Origin: Armatimonadota bacterium
GTDB lineage: Bacteria > Armatimonadota > UBA10988
DNA: 36,009 nt
NCBI GenBank assembly: GCA_016235455.1
Contig: JACRKZ010000168.1
Coordinates: 1 to 36,009 of the forward strand
Direction: 5' to 3'
Position numbers and translations under genes: made by a program
The notes under the pieces: generated by a model
The model's database searches: none
The model's input: the letters and a program-made list of their open reading frames with translations, nothing else
What the model was told of the DNA's origin: nothing
Shown here: in pieces, positions 27,446 through 36,009 of the stretch
Layout: each line of letters begins with the position of its first letter
Position numbering within the stretch: the first letter of the stretch is position 1

Positions 27446-28108
27446 ATGAAGCGCTGGATGCCCATACTCGTTGCCGTTCTGGTCGGGGGTCTGTTCGTCA
27501 GCCCCAAGGCTTACGCCGAGGACAAGGAGCCCGTCTCGCTGACCGTGGTCAACGACAAGGGTGAGCAGTATGACCTCATTGAGAAGGCCGGTGGCGACGC
27601 GCTCATCGTCTTCGTGGACCCGGAGAAGTTCAAGGATGAGGACGCCGCCGACCTGGAAGAGGCCCTCAACGCCATCGCCGAGAGCTCCGAGGATAACGAA
27701 GCTGACGACATGCCCGAGGACGACGATGCCGCCGCCAAGGCTGTGCGCGGCATGCCGGGCGTGGTCCGCCTCGAAGAGAAAGACGACGATGACGACGCCG
27801 ACGACGCGGACGAAGCGGCCGACAAGGACGACATCGAAGTCGTGGTGGTCGTCCTGACGGCCAACAAGGACATCTGGGACCACATCCACAAGACCTGGCA
27901 CGACGCTCAGTTCCACATCGTCCTGGCCGACCCGACCAAGGACGACAAGGAGCTCGACGCCTTCGAGCTGCCCGATGGCCTGGTCTGGGCGGCCTGCCTG
28001 GTGACCGGCTCCGGAGTCGCGGAGCACTACTCCTCGGTCAAGGACATCGAGGAAGACGAAGGCGACATCACCGAAAAGCTCAACAAGGACGACGACCCCG
28101 AGGCCTGA
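27446..28108 (+). CDS. Secreted highly acidic protein, paralog 1 of 3 (CxxC-less redoxin-like pattern)
   Basis: AGGAG RBS. Signal peptide MKRW...AYA|ED. Shares DLIE.AGGDAL..F, V.RLEE, ADP.K.D.EL.AF.LP..L.WAA and LNK with its neighbours, and has D-rich loops. Confidence 0.8.
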   Translation: MKRWMPILVAVLVGGLFVSPKAYAEDKEPVSLTVVNDKGEQYDLIEKAGGDALIVFVDPEKFKDEDAADLEEALNAIAESSEDNEADDMPEDDDAAAKAVRGMPGVVRLEEKDDDDDADDADEAADKDDIEVVVVVLTANKDIWDHIHKTWHDAQFHIVLADPTKDDKELDAFELPDGLVWAACLVTGSGVAEHYSSVKDIEEDEGDITEKLNKDDDPEA

Positions 28109-28120
28109 TCGCCACGCTAC

Positions 28121-28163
28121 CGAGGCCCGCCAGCCCGAAAGGGGTGGCGGGCCTCGCCGCTTT
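28121..28163 (+). terminator. Probable intrinsic terminator
   Basis: CGAGGCCCGCCA-gccc-GAAA-gggg-TGGCGGGCCTCG followed by ccgcttt, 12 nt after the stop codon. Confidence 0.65.
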
Positions 28164-28283
28164 GGGTGCCCGCCCCCGACGCCGGTTCGCGATTGCGTCA
28201 CATTTTCTGGCCACCATGGGTGTTGCTCGCGATGAAACTGACGATAGCCATTTCTACAAACGATCCAGACAGGAGTGGCTCAC

Positions 28284-28883
28284 ATGAAGCGTTGGTTCTC
28301 ACTCGTTGCGGTCGCGATGCTCGCTGGCCTCATGGCCAGCCCCCGGGCCTTGGCGGAAGGCAAGAAGCCCCTCAGCCTCACGGTGACTGACGAAACGGGC
28401 GAGTCTTTCGACTTGATCGAAAGGGCCGGCGGCGATGCCCTGGTGATCTTCGTCGATCCGGCCAAGTTCAAGGAGGAGGATGCCAAGGACCTGGTCGCCG
28501 CGCTGGACAAGATCGCCAAGGACGCGGGCGAGCCGGGCGAGGCCGCCGCGGAAGGCAAAGCCATCCTCGGGCTGCCGGGCGTGGTGCGACTCGAAGAGAA
28601 CGCCGACGCCAAGGGCAAGGACAGCATCCAGGTGGTGATGGTCTTCTTGACCGCCGACAAGGACGTGTTCGCGAAGTGCCAGAAGGAGATGGGCGACCCC
28701 CAGTTCCAGCTCGTCATGGCCGACCCGGCCAAGGAAGACGCGGAGCTCAAGGCCTTTGAGCTGCCCGAGAACCTGGTCTGGGCCGCCTTCGTCGTCATCG
28801 GGTCGGAGGTCAAGGATGGCTACACCTCGGTCAAGGACCTCGAAGAGCACGAGAAAGGCATTGCCGACGACCTGAACAAGTAG
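28284..28883 (+). CDS. Secreted acidic protein, paralog 2 of 3
   Basis: AGGAG RBS. Signal peptide MKRWFSLVAVAMLAGLMASPRALA. Same motifs as paralogs 1 and 3. Confidence 0.8.
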   Translation: MKRWFSLVAVAMLAGLMASPRALAEGKKPLSLTVTDETGESFDLIERAGGDALVIFVDPAKFKEEDAKDLVAALDKIAKDAGEPGEAAAEGKAILGLPGVVRLEENADAKGKDSIQVVMVFLTADKDVFAKCQKEMGDPQFQLVMADPAKEDAELKAFELPENLVWAAFVVIGSEVKDGYTSVKDLEEHEKGIADDLNK

Positions 28884-28914
28884 GACCAGCCTAGGCTGGA
28901 GCACCCCTCGCGGC

Positions 28915-28948
28915 AACGGCCGGCGGCCCTTGGGTCGCCGGCCGTTTC
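28915..28948 (+). terminator. Probable intrinsic terminator hairpin
   Basis: AACGGCCGGCGGCCC-TT-GGGTCGCCGGCCGTT, ending in TTT. Confidence 0.6.
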
Positions 28949-29098
28949 ATGCGGCTCACTCGATCGCCTACAGGGCCCGGGCCTGAGCCGGGCCCTGGGC
29001 CACGCCCAAGTGAACGCGCCGCCCTTGACCGAATGCGCACTTGGCACGAGAGTACGAGTAGAAGCTTACAAAGGCACCAAGGAATGGAGAGAACCCAC

Positions 29099-29704
29099 AT
29101 GAAGCGTTGGACCCAAATGCTCGCCGCCGTTGCGGTGTGCGGTCTGTACCTTGCTCCCTCGGTCCGCGCCGAGGACAAGGCACCCATCAAGCTGACCGTC
29201 AGCAATGAGCATGGCCACCAGTTCGACCTGATCGAGGCCGCTGGCGGCGACGCGCTGCTGGTGTTCATCAACGCCGCCAAGTTCAAGGCCGAGGACGCTC
29301 CAGCCCTGGAGGAAGCGCTCAACAAGATCGCCGCCGAGGCTGGCGATACGGGCGACGAGGACGAGAGCAACGAGAAGGCGGCCGTCGGCGGACCGCGCGT
29401 CACGCGTCTCGAAGAGGGCGCCAAGAAGGACGGCATCGAAGTCGCCATCGTCGTTCTCAGTGACGACAAGGACGTGTGGGACCACATCAAAGCCACGTGG
29501 AAAGACGCCAAGTGCCACATCGTCCTGGCCGACCCGACCAAGGAAGACGCGGAACTGAAGGCCTTCGACCTTCCCGAGGACCTGACCTGGGCTGCCTACC
29601 TGGTGGTCGGCTCCGAAGTGGCCAACAAGTACACCTCCGAGGACGACTTGGACAAGGGCTCCAAGGAGATCAGCGACGACCTGAACAAGGACGACGAGGT
29701 CTAG
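29099..29704 (+). CDS. Secreted acidic protein, paralog 3 of 3
   Basis: GGAGAG RBS. Signal peptide MKRWTQMLAAVAVCGLYLAPSVRA. Same motifs as paralogs 1 and 2. Confidence 0.8.
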   Translation: MKRWTQMLAAVAVCGLYLAPSVRAEDKAPIKLTVSNEHGHQFDLIEAAGGDALLVFINAAKFKAEDAPALEEALNKIAAEAGDTGDEDESNEKAAVGGPRVTRLEEGAKKDGIEVAIVVLSDDKDVWDHIKATWKDAKCHIVLADPTKEDAELKAFDLPEDLTWAAYLVVGSEVANKYTSEDDLDKGSKEISDDLNKDDEV

Positions 29705-29717
29705 ACTCCCTGCTGGC

Positions 29718-29761
29718 GAGGCACGCTGCTCCCCTGGGAACAGCGTGCCTCACCTCATTTT
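29718..29761. terminator. Hairpin terminator between convergent genes
   Basis: GAGGCACGCTG-ctcccctgggaa-CAGCGTGCCTC followed by acctcatttt. Confidence 0.6.
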
Positions 29762-29784
29762 GGGCCGCCGCAGCGCGCTGGCTG

Positions 29785-32544
29785 CTACCGCACCAGCAAG
29801 CGGTCCACAACCGGCCGCAACTGCTCTGCCAGCCTGATGTACCCGGCCGGGCCCAGGTGGAGGTGCCCGTCTGAGTACAGGTCAGCCCGCAACGAGCCGT
29901 CCGCCGTGGTGAAGCTCGTCCAGCAGTCCACCACATGCACGCGACTGTCGGCATCCAGTCTCAGCGCGTCCACCTCGCGGTTGATCGCCTTGATCGCCTG
30001 GTGCACCGCTCCGTCTGGCGCGAAGGCTGGCAGGATCTTGGTCAGCACGATGTCCGTCTTTGGGCAGCGCGCACGAAGGTTCCGCACGCACAGCGCGATG
30101 CCCTCAGCCACCCGTGACGCCGGCACGCCGTTGGCCGTGACCAGTGGGGCGTTGTTAACGCCAATCATCAGCACCGCGACCTTGGGTTCAGCACCATCGA
30201 GCGCCCCGTGGTCCAGCCTCCAGAGCACACTCTCGGTGCGATCACCGCCGATGCCCAAGTTGACGGTCTTGTATGCGCCAAACCGCTCACGCCACGCCGT
30301 GGACAAGGCAGCACCATCCCACCCGCCTCCCCAGCCCTGAGTGATGCTGTCGCCGATGAGCACGATGTCGATGCTGTCGCTGGCCGCTCGGACCCGCTCA
30401 ACCAGCGTGGCGTGGTGGTCCAGCCATAGATTGCCGTGGCCGTCGGGCGCCGGCCACACCGGCGCCGACGGCACCACCGGCCACATCTCCGGCAAGTGCT
30501 TCTGCACCTCATGGCCAGGCTTGCGCGTGTACTCCCCTTGGGCCACCCACGCCTGCTCGGCCTCGGTCAGCGGCCAGCCGGTCAACTGAGGGTCCATCTT
30601 GCCCTCGTTGTACGGCGCATAGGGGTAGCTCACGACCGCCGCCGCCGCCCTGGGCGCGGCGCGCACGAAACGGATATCGTCCAGGTAGAAGACCGGCTGC
30701 GGCTGCCCGGTATTGGCGTCACGGAACCACAGGGCGGCGATGTCGTTGGCCCGAGCGGCGCCGAGCGCGCTGAGTGGCACCTTGTGCTGCCGCCAGGCGT
30801 TGGCCGGAGGGACGGGAATGTCCCAGGCAGGCGCCTCGCCGTGCCAGCGCTTGACGAACAACTGCAACTTCTGGCCGCCGGTGGGCCCGCCGTTGATCCA
30901 GAAGCTCAATGCCTCGCTTGCCGTCGTGTCGAACTGCGCATTCGCCAGGCTGAACTGCGCACAGCCTCCGCCGCCCGCGAGCGTCACCGCCACGGATCGC
31001 TCGCCACCGTGGACCGGAGCGACGTTGGCCGTGTCGGCCGTGGCCGCGAACGGATTGCCGAACCAGCCGCCGCGACACACGTCGTCATACACAACGCCAT
31101 CCAGCGAGTCCACGGCCTCGCCACTCAGGTGCAGATCGTCCAGGTAGTACGTGCTCGCCACGCCACCGGCTTCCCAGAGGCGCACGCCGTAGAGGTCACG
31201 CGCTTTGGCCAGGCCCAGATCCTCCAGTGCGATGGTCACGCGCGACCATTGGCCGCCCCGCGGCACGGGCGTCACCCGCAGGCGCGGCCCTTCGGCGAGG
31301 CCCTTCATCAGCGCGATGCGCAGGTCCTGTCCGCCATCGGCCCCGCCGTGGATGCGAAAACTGAGTGATCTGCACAGCGTCGTGTCGAGGGACGTGCCCC
31401 AGCGCAGGAATTGCGCGGCGCCATAGGCCTCGGTCGTCACGGCGATGGCCTGGCCGCCGCCATCCGCCGCGCTCCGATCATCGAGGTTGACCTGTGCCTG
31501 GATGGGGTTGTTGAGCCAACCCGCCGCCAGGCCGTCGCGGTAGATAGCCTGCACGGCCTGGGCTGGTTCCGCGTTGACGGGGTTCGCCGGCGCCACGCCG
31601 ATCGGCTTGGGTTGTACCGGGCCGACGGGCGGCGTGACCGTGGCTGGGACGCTGGTTCGTTCCTGTCGTGGCATCGGCTGACCGCTCAGCGCGGCCGTGA
31701 TGAACGGCTTCAGCCGGTTCGCGTAGAGCTCATAGCCGCCGTCCTGCGTAAGATGAATGCTGTCAGGCGCGAACAGGCCTGGACGCAGATTGCCGTCCGC
31801 AGTCACCATGTCGTTCCACAGATCCAGCACGCGCACTTGAGGGTCACCCTCCAACTTCAGCGCGTCCAGGGCGGCGTTAGTCTTCTTGATGTCCTCGTAG
31901 AACGGCACTCCTGGCCCGTGCGCGGGGAAGATCTTCACGACCACGACCGGTGCCTTGGGGAACCGGTCGCGCAGCCAGTCGAGGCAGACCTTGATGCCCC
32001 GAGCCGCCGGCGCGATGCCCGTTTCGGGCGTGAAGAACATGTTGTTGTTGCCGATGAGCAGCACCGCCATCCGCGGCTCCAGGCCATCGACCCCGCCATG
32101 GTCCAGCCGCCAGAGCACGTTCTGGGTCTTGTCACCGCCGATGCCGATGTTGACCGTCTTGTACTGGCCGAAGTGCCTGGTCCAGGCCGCGCCCCACTGC
32201 ATGGTGATGCTGTCGCCGACCAGGAGCACGTCGATGGGGCCCTGGCTGGCCTGCGCCACCTTGACCAGCCCGGCGTGGCAGTCGAGCCAGCTCGTGCCAC
32301 CCCAGTAGCCGGCCGAGGGCAGCACCGGCCACAGATCGGGCCGATGCTTCGGCGCCGCCGGATCCTCGCGGCCCGGCCGACGTTCGAACTCGGGCCTGAG
32401 CACGTAGGCGCGCTCCTCGTCGGTCAACGGCCAGCCGGTCTTCTGCGGCTCGGCGGTCTGGTAGCCATACTCCAGACCCATCGCGCCAGTGATCGCCAGC
32501 AGCAGCACCAACAGACCAACCTTCACCACCACAATGGTCTTCAT
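29785..32544 (-). CDS. Secreted esterase with two SGNH/GDSL (PAF-acetylhydrolase-like) domains flanking two CBM-like beta-sandwiches
   Basis: ATG 32544 overlaps the upstream TGA, followed by a signal peptide. Two sets of GDSIT, N.GIGGD.T..VLWRL, IG.NN and D..H (DSIH, DGHLH). Two central Y.D....GW repeats, each ending YLDD. Confidence 0.85.
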   Translation of the reverse strand: MKTIVVVKVGLLVLLLAITGAMGLEYGYQTAEPQKTGWPLTDEERAYVLRPEFERRPGREDPAAPKHRPDLWPVLPSAGYWGGTSWLDCHAGLVKVAQASQGPIDVLLVGDSITMQWGAAWTRHFGQYKTVNIGIGGDKTQNVLWRLDHGGVDGLEPRMAVLLIGNNNMFFTPETGIAPAARGIKVCLDWLRDRFPKAPVVVVKIFPAHGPGVPFYEDIKKTNAALDALKLEGDPQVRVLDLWNDMVTADGNLRPGLFAPDSIHLTQDGGYELYANRLKPFITAALSGQPMPRQERTSVPATVTPPVGPVQPKPIGVAPANPVNAEPAQAVQAIYRDGLAAGWLNNPIQAQVNLDDRSAADGGGQAIAVTTEAYGAAQFLRWGTSLDTTLCRSLSFRIHGGADGGQDLRIALMKGLAEGPRLRVTPVPRGGQWSRVTIALEDLGLAKARDLYGVRLWEAGGVASTYYLDDLHLSGEAVDSLDGVVYDDVCRGGWFGNPFAATADTANVAPVHGGERSVAVTLAGGGGCAQFSLANAQFDTTASEALSFWINGGPTGGQKLQLFVKRWHGEAPAWDIPVPPANAWRQHKVPLSALGAARANDIAALWFRDANTGQPQPVFYLDDIRFVRAAPRAAAAVVSYPYAPYNEGKMDPQLTGWPLTEAEQAWVAQGEYTRKPGHEVQKHLPEMWPVVPSAPVWPAPDGHGNLWLDHHATLVERVRAASDSIDIVLIGDSITQGWGGGWDGAALSTAWRERFGAYKTVNLGIGGDRTESVLWRLDHGALDGAEPKVAVLMIGVNNAPLVTANGVPASRVAEGIALCVRNLRARCPKTDIVLTKILPAFAPDGAVHQAIKAINREVDALRLDADSRVHVVDCWTSFTTADGSLRADLYSDGHLHLGPAGYIRLAEQLRPVVDRLLVR

Positions 32545-33719
32545 CGCGGTTCCCTTCCGGGTCGAGCCGGCAGCGTCGGCGCCACAAACTCGCGACCGCG
32601 CCACTCGGCCAGTATCTTCAGGTAGAGGTACGGGTCGACCCACGTCGACGAAGGCTCCACCACCGTCGTCTCAGGCCATTCATTCCAACTGGTCACCATC
32701 ACCATGTCCGCGCCGGCGTCGGTGGCGGCGCGCAGAAAGTCGCGTAGTGTCTGGCCATCGCGCCGCGGCATCACATACGGGTCATCGCGAAAGCGCGAGT
32801 TGTCATGGCCGGGATGCACCGGCAACAGCATCCGCTTGCCCGCATCGTGCGCCATCTGAGCGATGTAGCGGTACTTGCCGGCCAGTTCGTCATACGTATG
32901 CGCACGGTAGTTGGAGAAGGTACTGTAGAAAGCGAAGCAGTCCACGCCGGGCAGTTCCGGCCAGCCGGGCGTGATGCGCTTGACGCGGTCGTCTTCGCCG
33001 GCCGCGGCGGCGGCCGCGTCGTGGGCGATCTTGTCAACGATCCAATACACGGGTCCGCACTCGGCCTCGACGCGTGCCTTGAGCGCTGTGAAGTCTGCCG
33101 GTGTCAGACCGGGCTTCTGGGCGACCTGGTACAGATAGACCACCGGCCGGCCGTCGATGCGCAGGTAGGCTGGACTGTCCTTGTGCCGGCGCAGCGCTCG
33201 CGTCAGCATGGCCGCGTAGTCGTCGAAGGAGCTGTGGAACTGCGCACGCTCGTCCAGCAGCGCGTACTTGAAGCCCAACCGCTCGATGGTCGGTCGAACC
33301 ACCTCGTCGATCACCTTGTCCTGTTCGTTGACAGCATCCCAGTAGTCCACCAGGAAGGCGTTCAATCCCGCTGCCTGAGCCAGTTTCACATGCCACTCAA
33401 CCACGTTCGGATCGGCGCTGTCATACGGCCCGATGAGCGGCCGTGCCGCGCTCGCCATCGGCGGCTCGCCCGGCCGTTGCTCGGCCAGCGCCAGCGCATT
33501 GGTCTCCGACCCCCGGTGATTCCACACCGACCAGGGCCGCAGCGGGTGATTGCCGTCTCGGTACCAGACGTAGTAGGCCGCCACGAGCAACGGCTTCCTT
33601 GCCTCGGTGGTGCCGCCCGATGCCGGCCCAGCCGCGGCGCACTGCGTCGCCACGGCAGCGACCAGCATCACCAGCACCCACGGAATCCGCTCCGCGGTCC
33701 TGCCGCCAACTCCTCCCAT
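32541..33719 (-). CDS. GH99/GH71-like endo-alpha-mannosidase family glycoside hydrolase
   Basis: AAGGAGAG RBS. Motifs AAYYVWY, PLIGPYDSADP, YLRIDGRPVVYLY, PGHDNS and VTSWNEWPETTVVEP (compare the GH99 motif SFNEWHEG.QIEP). Confidence 0.8.
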   Translation of the reverse strand: MGGVGGRTAERIPWVLVMLVAAVATQCAAAGPASGGTTEARKPLLVAAYYVWYRDGNHPLRPWSVWNHRGSETNALALAEQRPGEPPMASAARPLIGPYDSADPNVVEWHVKLAQAAGLNAFLVDYWDAVNEQDKVIDEVVRPTIERLGFKYALLDERAQFHSSFDDYAAMLTRALRRHKDSPAYLRIDGRPVVYLYQVAQKPGLTPADFTALKARVEAECGPVYWIVDKIAHDAAAAAAGEDDRVKRITPGWPELPGVDCFAFYSTFSNYRAHTYDELAGKYRYIAQMAHDAGKRMLLPVHPGHDNSRFRDDPYVMPRRDGQTLRDFLRAATDAGADMVMVTSWNEWPETTVVEPSSTWVDPYLYLKILAEWRGREFVAPTLPARPGREPR

Positions 33720-33737
33720 CCCGCTCTCCTTCCGCCG

Positions 33738-33751
33738 TGCAATCGTATGTA
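33738..33751. promoter_or_regulatory. Candidate LacI-family operator upstream of GH99
   Basis: TGCAATCGTATGTA is a CG-centred imperfect palindrome, similar to the motif at 34837-34850. Confidence 0.45.
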
Positions 33752-33808
33752 TTCTCGCGTGGACGACGTCACTCGAAGGCTGGTTCCCGCTGGGGAGACC
33801 GGATCGAC

Positions 33809-34783
33809 TCAGAACCGCGGAACGACTTCCTCGATGGGCTTGATCTGCACCATGACGCGGCGCTCGGTTGGCTCGTTAGGGCATTCGACACGGCGGGCCA
33901 GCAGGCGCACGGCCTGTCGCGCGATGGCGTCGTGGTCTTGGGGTGCGACGAAGACTCGGTCGGCGGGCGACGGTTCGCCCCGCCACTCGTCGAAGCAGCC
34001 GGCCACCAGCCGCCTATCTGCCAACCTTCCGGCATTGCGCCGGCAGTAGGCCAGTACCGTCTCTTGCGCCGAGGCGAGCATGGCCAAGGGGCCGTCTGGC
34101 CAGGGCTCGGTCTCCTGCCAGGCATCGTCCACCGAGCCGATCTCTGTCCAGGGCAGGCCAAGCGCCGCCAACTCGGCTCGCGCTCCAGCCGTGCGCTCAC
34201 GCACCACGGGGTTGTTGTCACCGTAGAGGAGCACGAACCCGCGCGCCCCCGCCTCGGCGCAACGGCGAGCCAGCAATCGGCTGGCACCGTCATTGTCGGT
34301 GGTCACGGCCGGCACGGGCAGGCCGTCAATCCACACGTCCACCAACACGAGCGGATAGTCGCGCAGCGCCAGTTCGCGCAGCAGCCGCTCATCAGACACA
34401 TGGCGCCTGGGCAACACCACCGCGCCATCCACCAGCCCTTGTGCCAGCCGCGCCAGCAGCCGCTCGTAGCGCGCCTCATCGTTTCCGTGCAGGGCCACGA
34501 ACAGATCGTAGTCCGTGCTCTCGGTGGCGCTGGTCACGGCGTGGGTGGTCCGCCAATCGGCCGTGGCGCCGACGGACGCCAGAACCAACCACAGCACCTG
34601 CGCTCGACCGCCAACCAGAGCGCGCGCCGCCAGATTGGGCCTGTAGCCCAACCGTCGTGCCGCATCCACCACCCGTGCTCGGGTCGCCTCGTGGATGCGT
34701 TCGTCGCCTTGCAGAGACCGCGAGACCGTGGAGGTATCCAGACCGCAAAGCTGCGCAATGTCACGCTGCGTAATCCTGGCCAT
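33809..34783 (-). CDS. LacI-family transcriptional regulator
   Basis: HTH ITQRDIAQLCGLDTSTVSRSL, hinge LGYRPNLAARAL, and a sugar-binding domain (VDGAVV, PLVLVD, VTTDN). Confidence 0.92.
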   Translation of the reverse strand: MARITQRDIAQLCGLDTSTVSRSLQGDERIHEATRARVVDAARRLGYRPNLAARALVGGRAQVLWLVLASVGATADWRTTHAVTSATESTDYDLFVALHGNDEARYERLLARLAQGLVDGAVVLPRRHVSDERLLRELALRDYPLVLVDVWIDGLPVPAVTTDNDGASRLLARRCAEAGARGFVLLYGDNNPVVRERTAGARAELAALGLPWTEIGSVDDAWQETEPWPDGPLAMLASAQETVLAYCRRNAGRLADRRLVAGCFDEWRGEPSPADRVFVAPQDHDAIARQAVRLLARRVECPNEPTERRVMVQIKPIEEVVPRF

Positions 34784-34836
34784 GCCACCATCCTGCCGGC
34801 AGGATGCCACGTCGGCGCCGGACCGTCAATGGTCTG

Positions 34837-34850
34837 TGCAAACGCATGCG
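34837..34850. promoter_or_regulatory. Candidate LacI-family operator in the divergent lacI/GH95 promoter region
   Basis: TGCAAACGCATGCG. It lies next to a minus-strand TTGACG-N17-CATCCT promoter and a plus-strand extended -10, TATGgCATACT (34875-34885). Confidence 0.45.
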
Positions 34851-34930
34851 CACCTGAGCATCCTCAGCGGGTGGTATGGCATACTGCAACCAGCCCGCGC
34901 GGTCACGCGTTGGGAGACGCGGAGCCAACG

Positions 34931-36009
34931 ATGTCACTCCTCCTGGCCCTTTGCCTGGCCGCTGCCACGGCCGACCGCCTGCCGTCGTCCGACCTCAACC
35001 TGCGCCTGTCCGCGCCGATCACCACCTGGGATGAGGCCGTGCCACTGGGCAACGGCTTGCTCGGCGGGCTGCTCTGGGGCCAGGACGGCACGTTACGCCT
35101 CTCGCTCGACCGCGGCGACCTGTGGGATGAGCGACCTGCGCGCAACGTGCCCTGGGAGCGGTTCAACTACGCCACGATGGTCCAGCTCGCCAGAGAGAAG
35201 AAGATCGGCGAACTGAATACCATCTTCGACAACCCCTACAACGACGTCTACCCCACCAAGATCCCCGCCGGCCGGCTCGAGCTGGCGCTGGCGCCCGGCG
35301 CGACGCTCAAGTCGTTCGAGCTCAACCTGGCCACGGCCGAGGGTTTCGCGCACCTGAGCGACGGGCGGCGGGCACGCGCCTTCTTCGCTGCCAACCAGCC
35401 GCTGGCGCTGATCGAGGTGCCTGGCGACGCCGCCAAGCTAACGTTGCGCGCCCCGGAGTCGGTCAAGCGGCTGGGCTACGCCGAACCCGAGCGCGGGCAG
35501 CGCGACGAGCTGTCGTGGTTCATCCAGCCGACCGTCGGCGAGCTGCGCTACTGCGTGATGGTCGGTCGGCGCAAGGTGGGCGCGACCACGTTGTTGGCCG
35601 CCACGGTGACCAGCAGCACCGAGAGCGCCGACCCGCGCGCGCAGGCCGCCAGCCGCGTGCGCTCAGCTCTCGACCAGGGCTACGAGCGCCTCGCCGCCGA
35701 GCACCGGCGCTGGTGGTCGGGCTTCTGGCAGCAATCGCGCGTGCAGGTCCCGCAAGAGGACATCCTCCGGCACTACTATCTGGTGCAGTACTTCCATGGT
35801 GCCGCGTCGCGGCGCGGTGCCCCGCCGATGCCGCTGCAGGGCGTGTGGACCGCCGACGCGGGCGGTCTGCCACCGTGGAAGGGCGACTATCACAACGACC
35901 TGAACACCCAGATGACCTACATCGCCTATCAGGCGGCCGGGCATTTCGACGAGGGGCGCTGCTTCCTCGACTTCAACTGGGACCTGCTACCGCGCTACCG
36001 CCGCTTCGC
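34931..36009 (+). CDS. GH95 alpha-L-fucosidase/galactosidase-like protein, 3' truncated (absent from the ORF track)
   Basis: GGAG precedes ATG 34931. My translation gives MSLLLALCLAAATA...WDEAVPLGNGLLGGLLWG..LRLSLDRGDLWDER and, in the same frame, PMPLQGVWTAD...PPWKGDYHNDLNTQMTY. Confidence 0.88.
   Translation, partial: MSLLLALCLAAATADRLPSSDLNLRLSAPITTWDEAVPLGNGLLGGLLWGQDGTLRLSLDRGDLWDERPARNVPWERFNYATMVQLAREKKIGELNTIFDNPYNDVYPTKIPAGRLELALAPGATLKSFELNLATAEGFAHLSDGRRARAFFAANQPLALIEVPGDAAKLTLRAPESVKRLGYAEPERGQRDELSWFIQPTVGELRYCVMVGRRKVGATTLLAATVTSSTESADPRAQAASRVRSALDQGYERLAAEHRRWWSGFWQQSRVQVPQEDILRHYYLVQYFHGAASRRGAPPMPLQGVWTADAGGLPPWKGDYHNDLNTQMTYIAYQAAGHFDEGRCFLDFNWDLLPRYRRF

Noticed and set aside
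27775-27835. GAC-rich tract as a microsatellite or contingency locus
   Set aside because: It is imperfect and explained by an Asp-rich coding loop.
29785-34800. Impression of different codon usage suggesting horizontal acquisition
   Set aside because: I cannot quantify this by eye, and there is no integrase, tRNA or boundary repeat. It would need GC3 or tetranucleotide analysis.

Overview
GC-rich bacterial window, dominated by secreted carbohydrate-active enzymes. 'PIFAKAREKAR..CxSN' / H-X9-DG proteins suggest Armatimonadota or a PVC-like lineage (inference). From left to right it contains: a discoidin-like tandem-repeat protein (5' truncated) and its single-domain paralog; a TIGR03663-like GT-C membrane glycosyltransferase; a double beta-helix glycanase; two H-X9-DG prepilin-like proteins, one fused to a DnaJ C-terminal-like domain; a beta-propeller GH and a GH50; two tandem cNMP-binding-domain/acylating aldehyde dehydrogenase fusions, the first lacking its catalytic Cys and other active-site motifs; a GH-like protein; a minus-strand run Gfo/Idh/MocA - aldo-keto reductase - RAYT transposase (between two REP doublets) - two GH127-like enzymes - DegT aminotransferase; three tandem acidic secreted paralogs with a CxxC-less redoxin-like pattern; and a LacI locus with GH99, a double SGNH esterase and a 3'-truncated GH95. 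No rRNA, tRNA or CRISPR was seen. All family calls come from motif recognition by eye, not database searches. The most notable candidate system is the cNMP-ALDH enzyme/pseudoenzyme pair.
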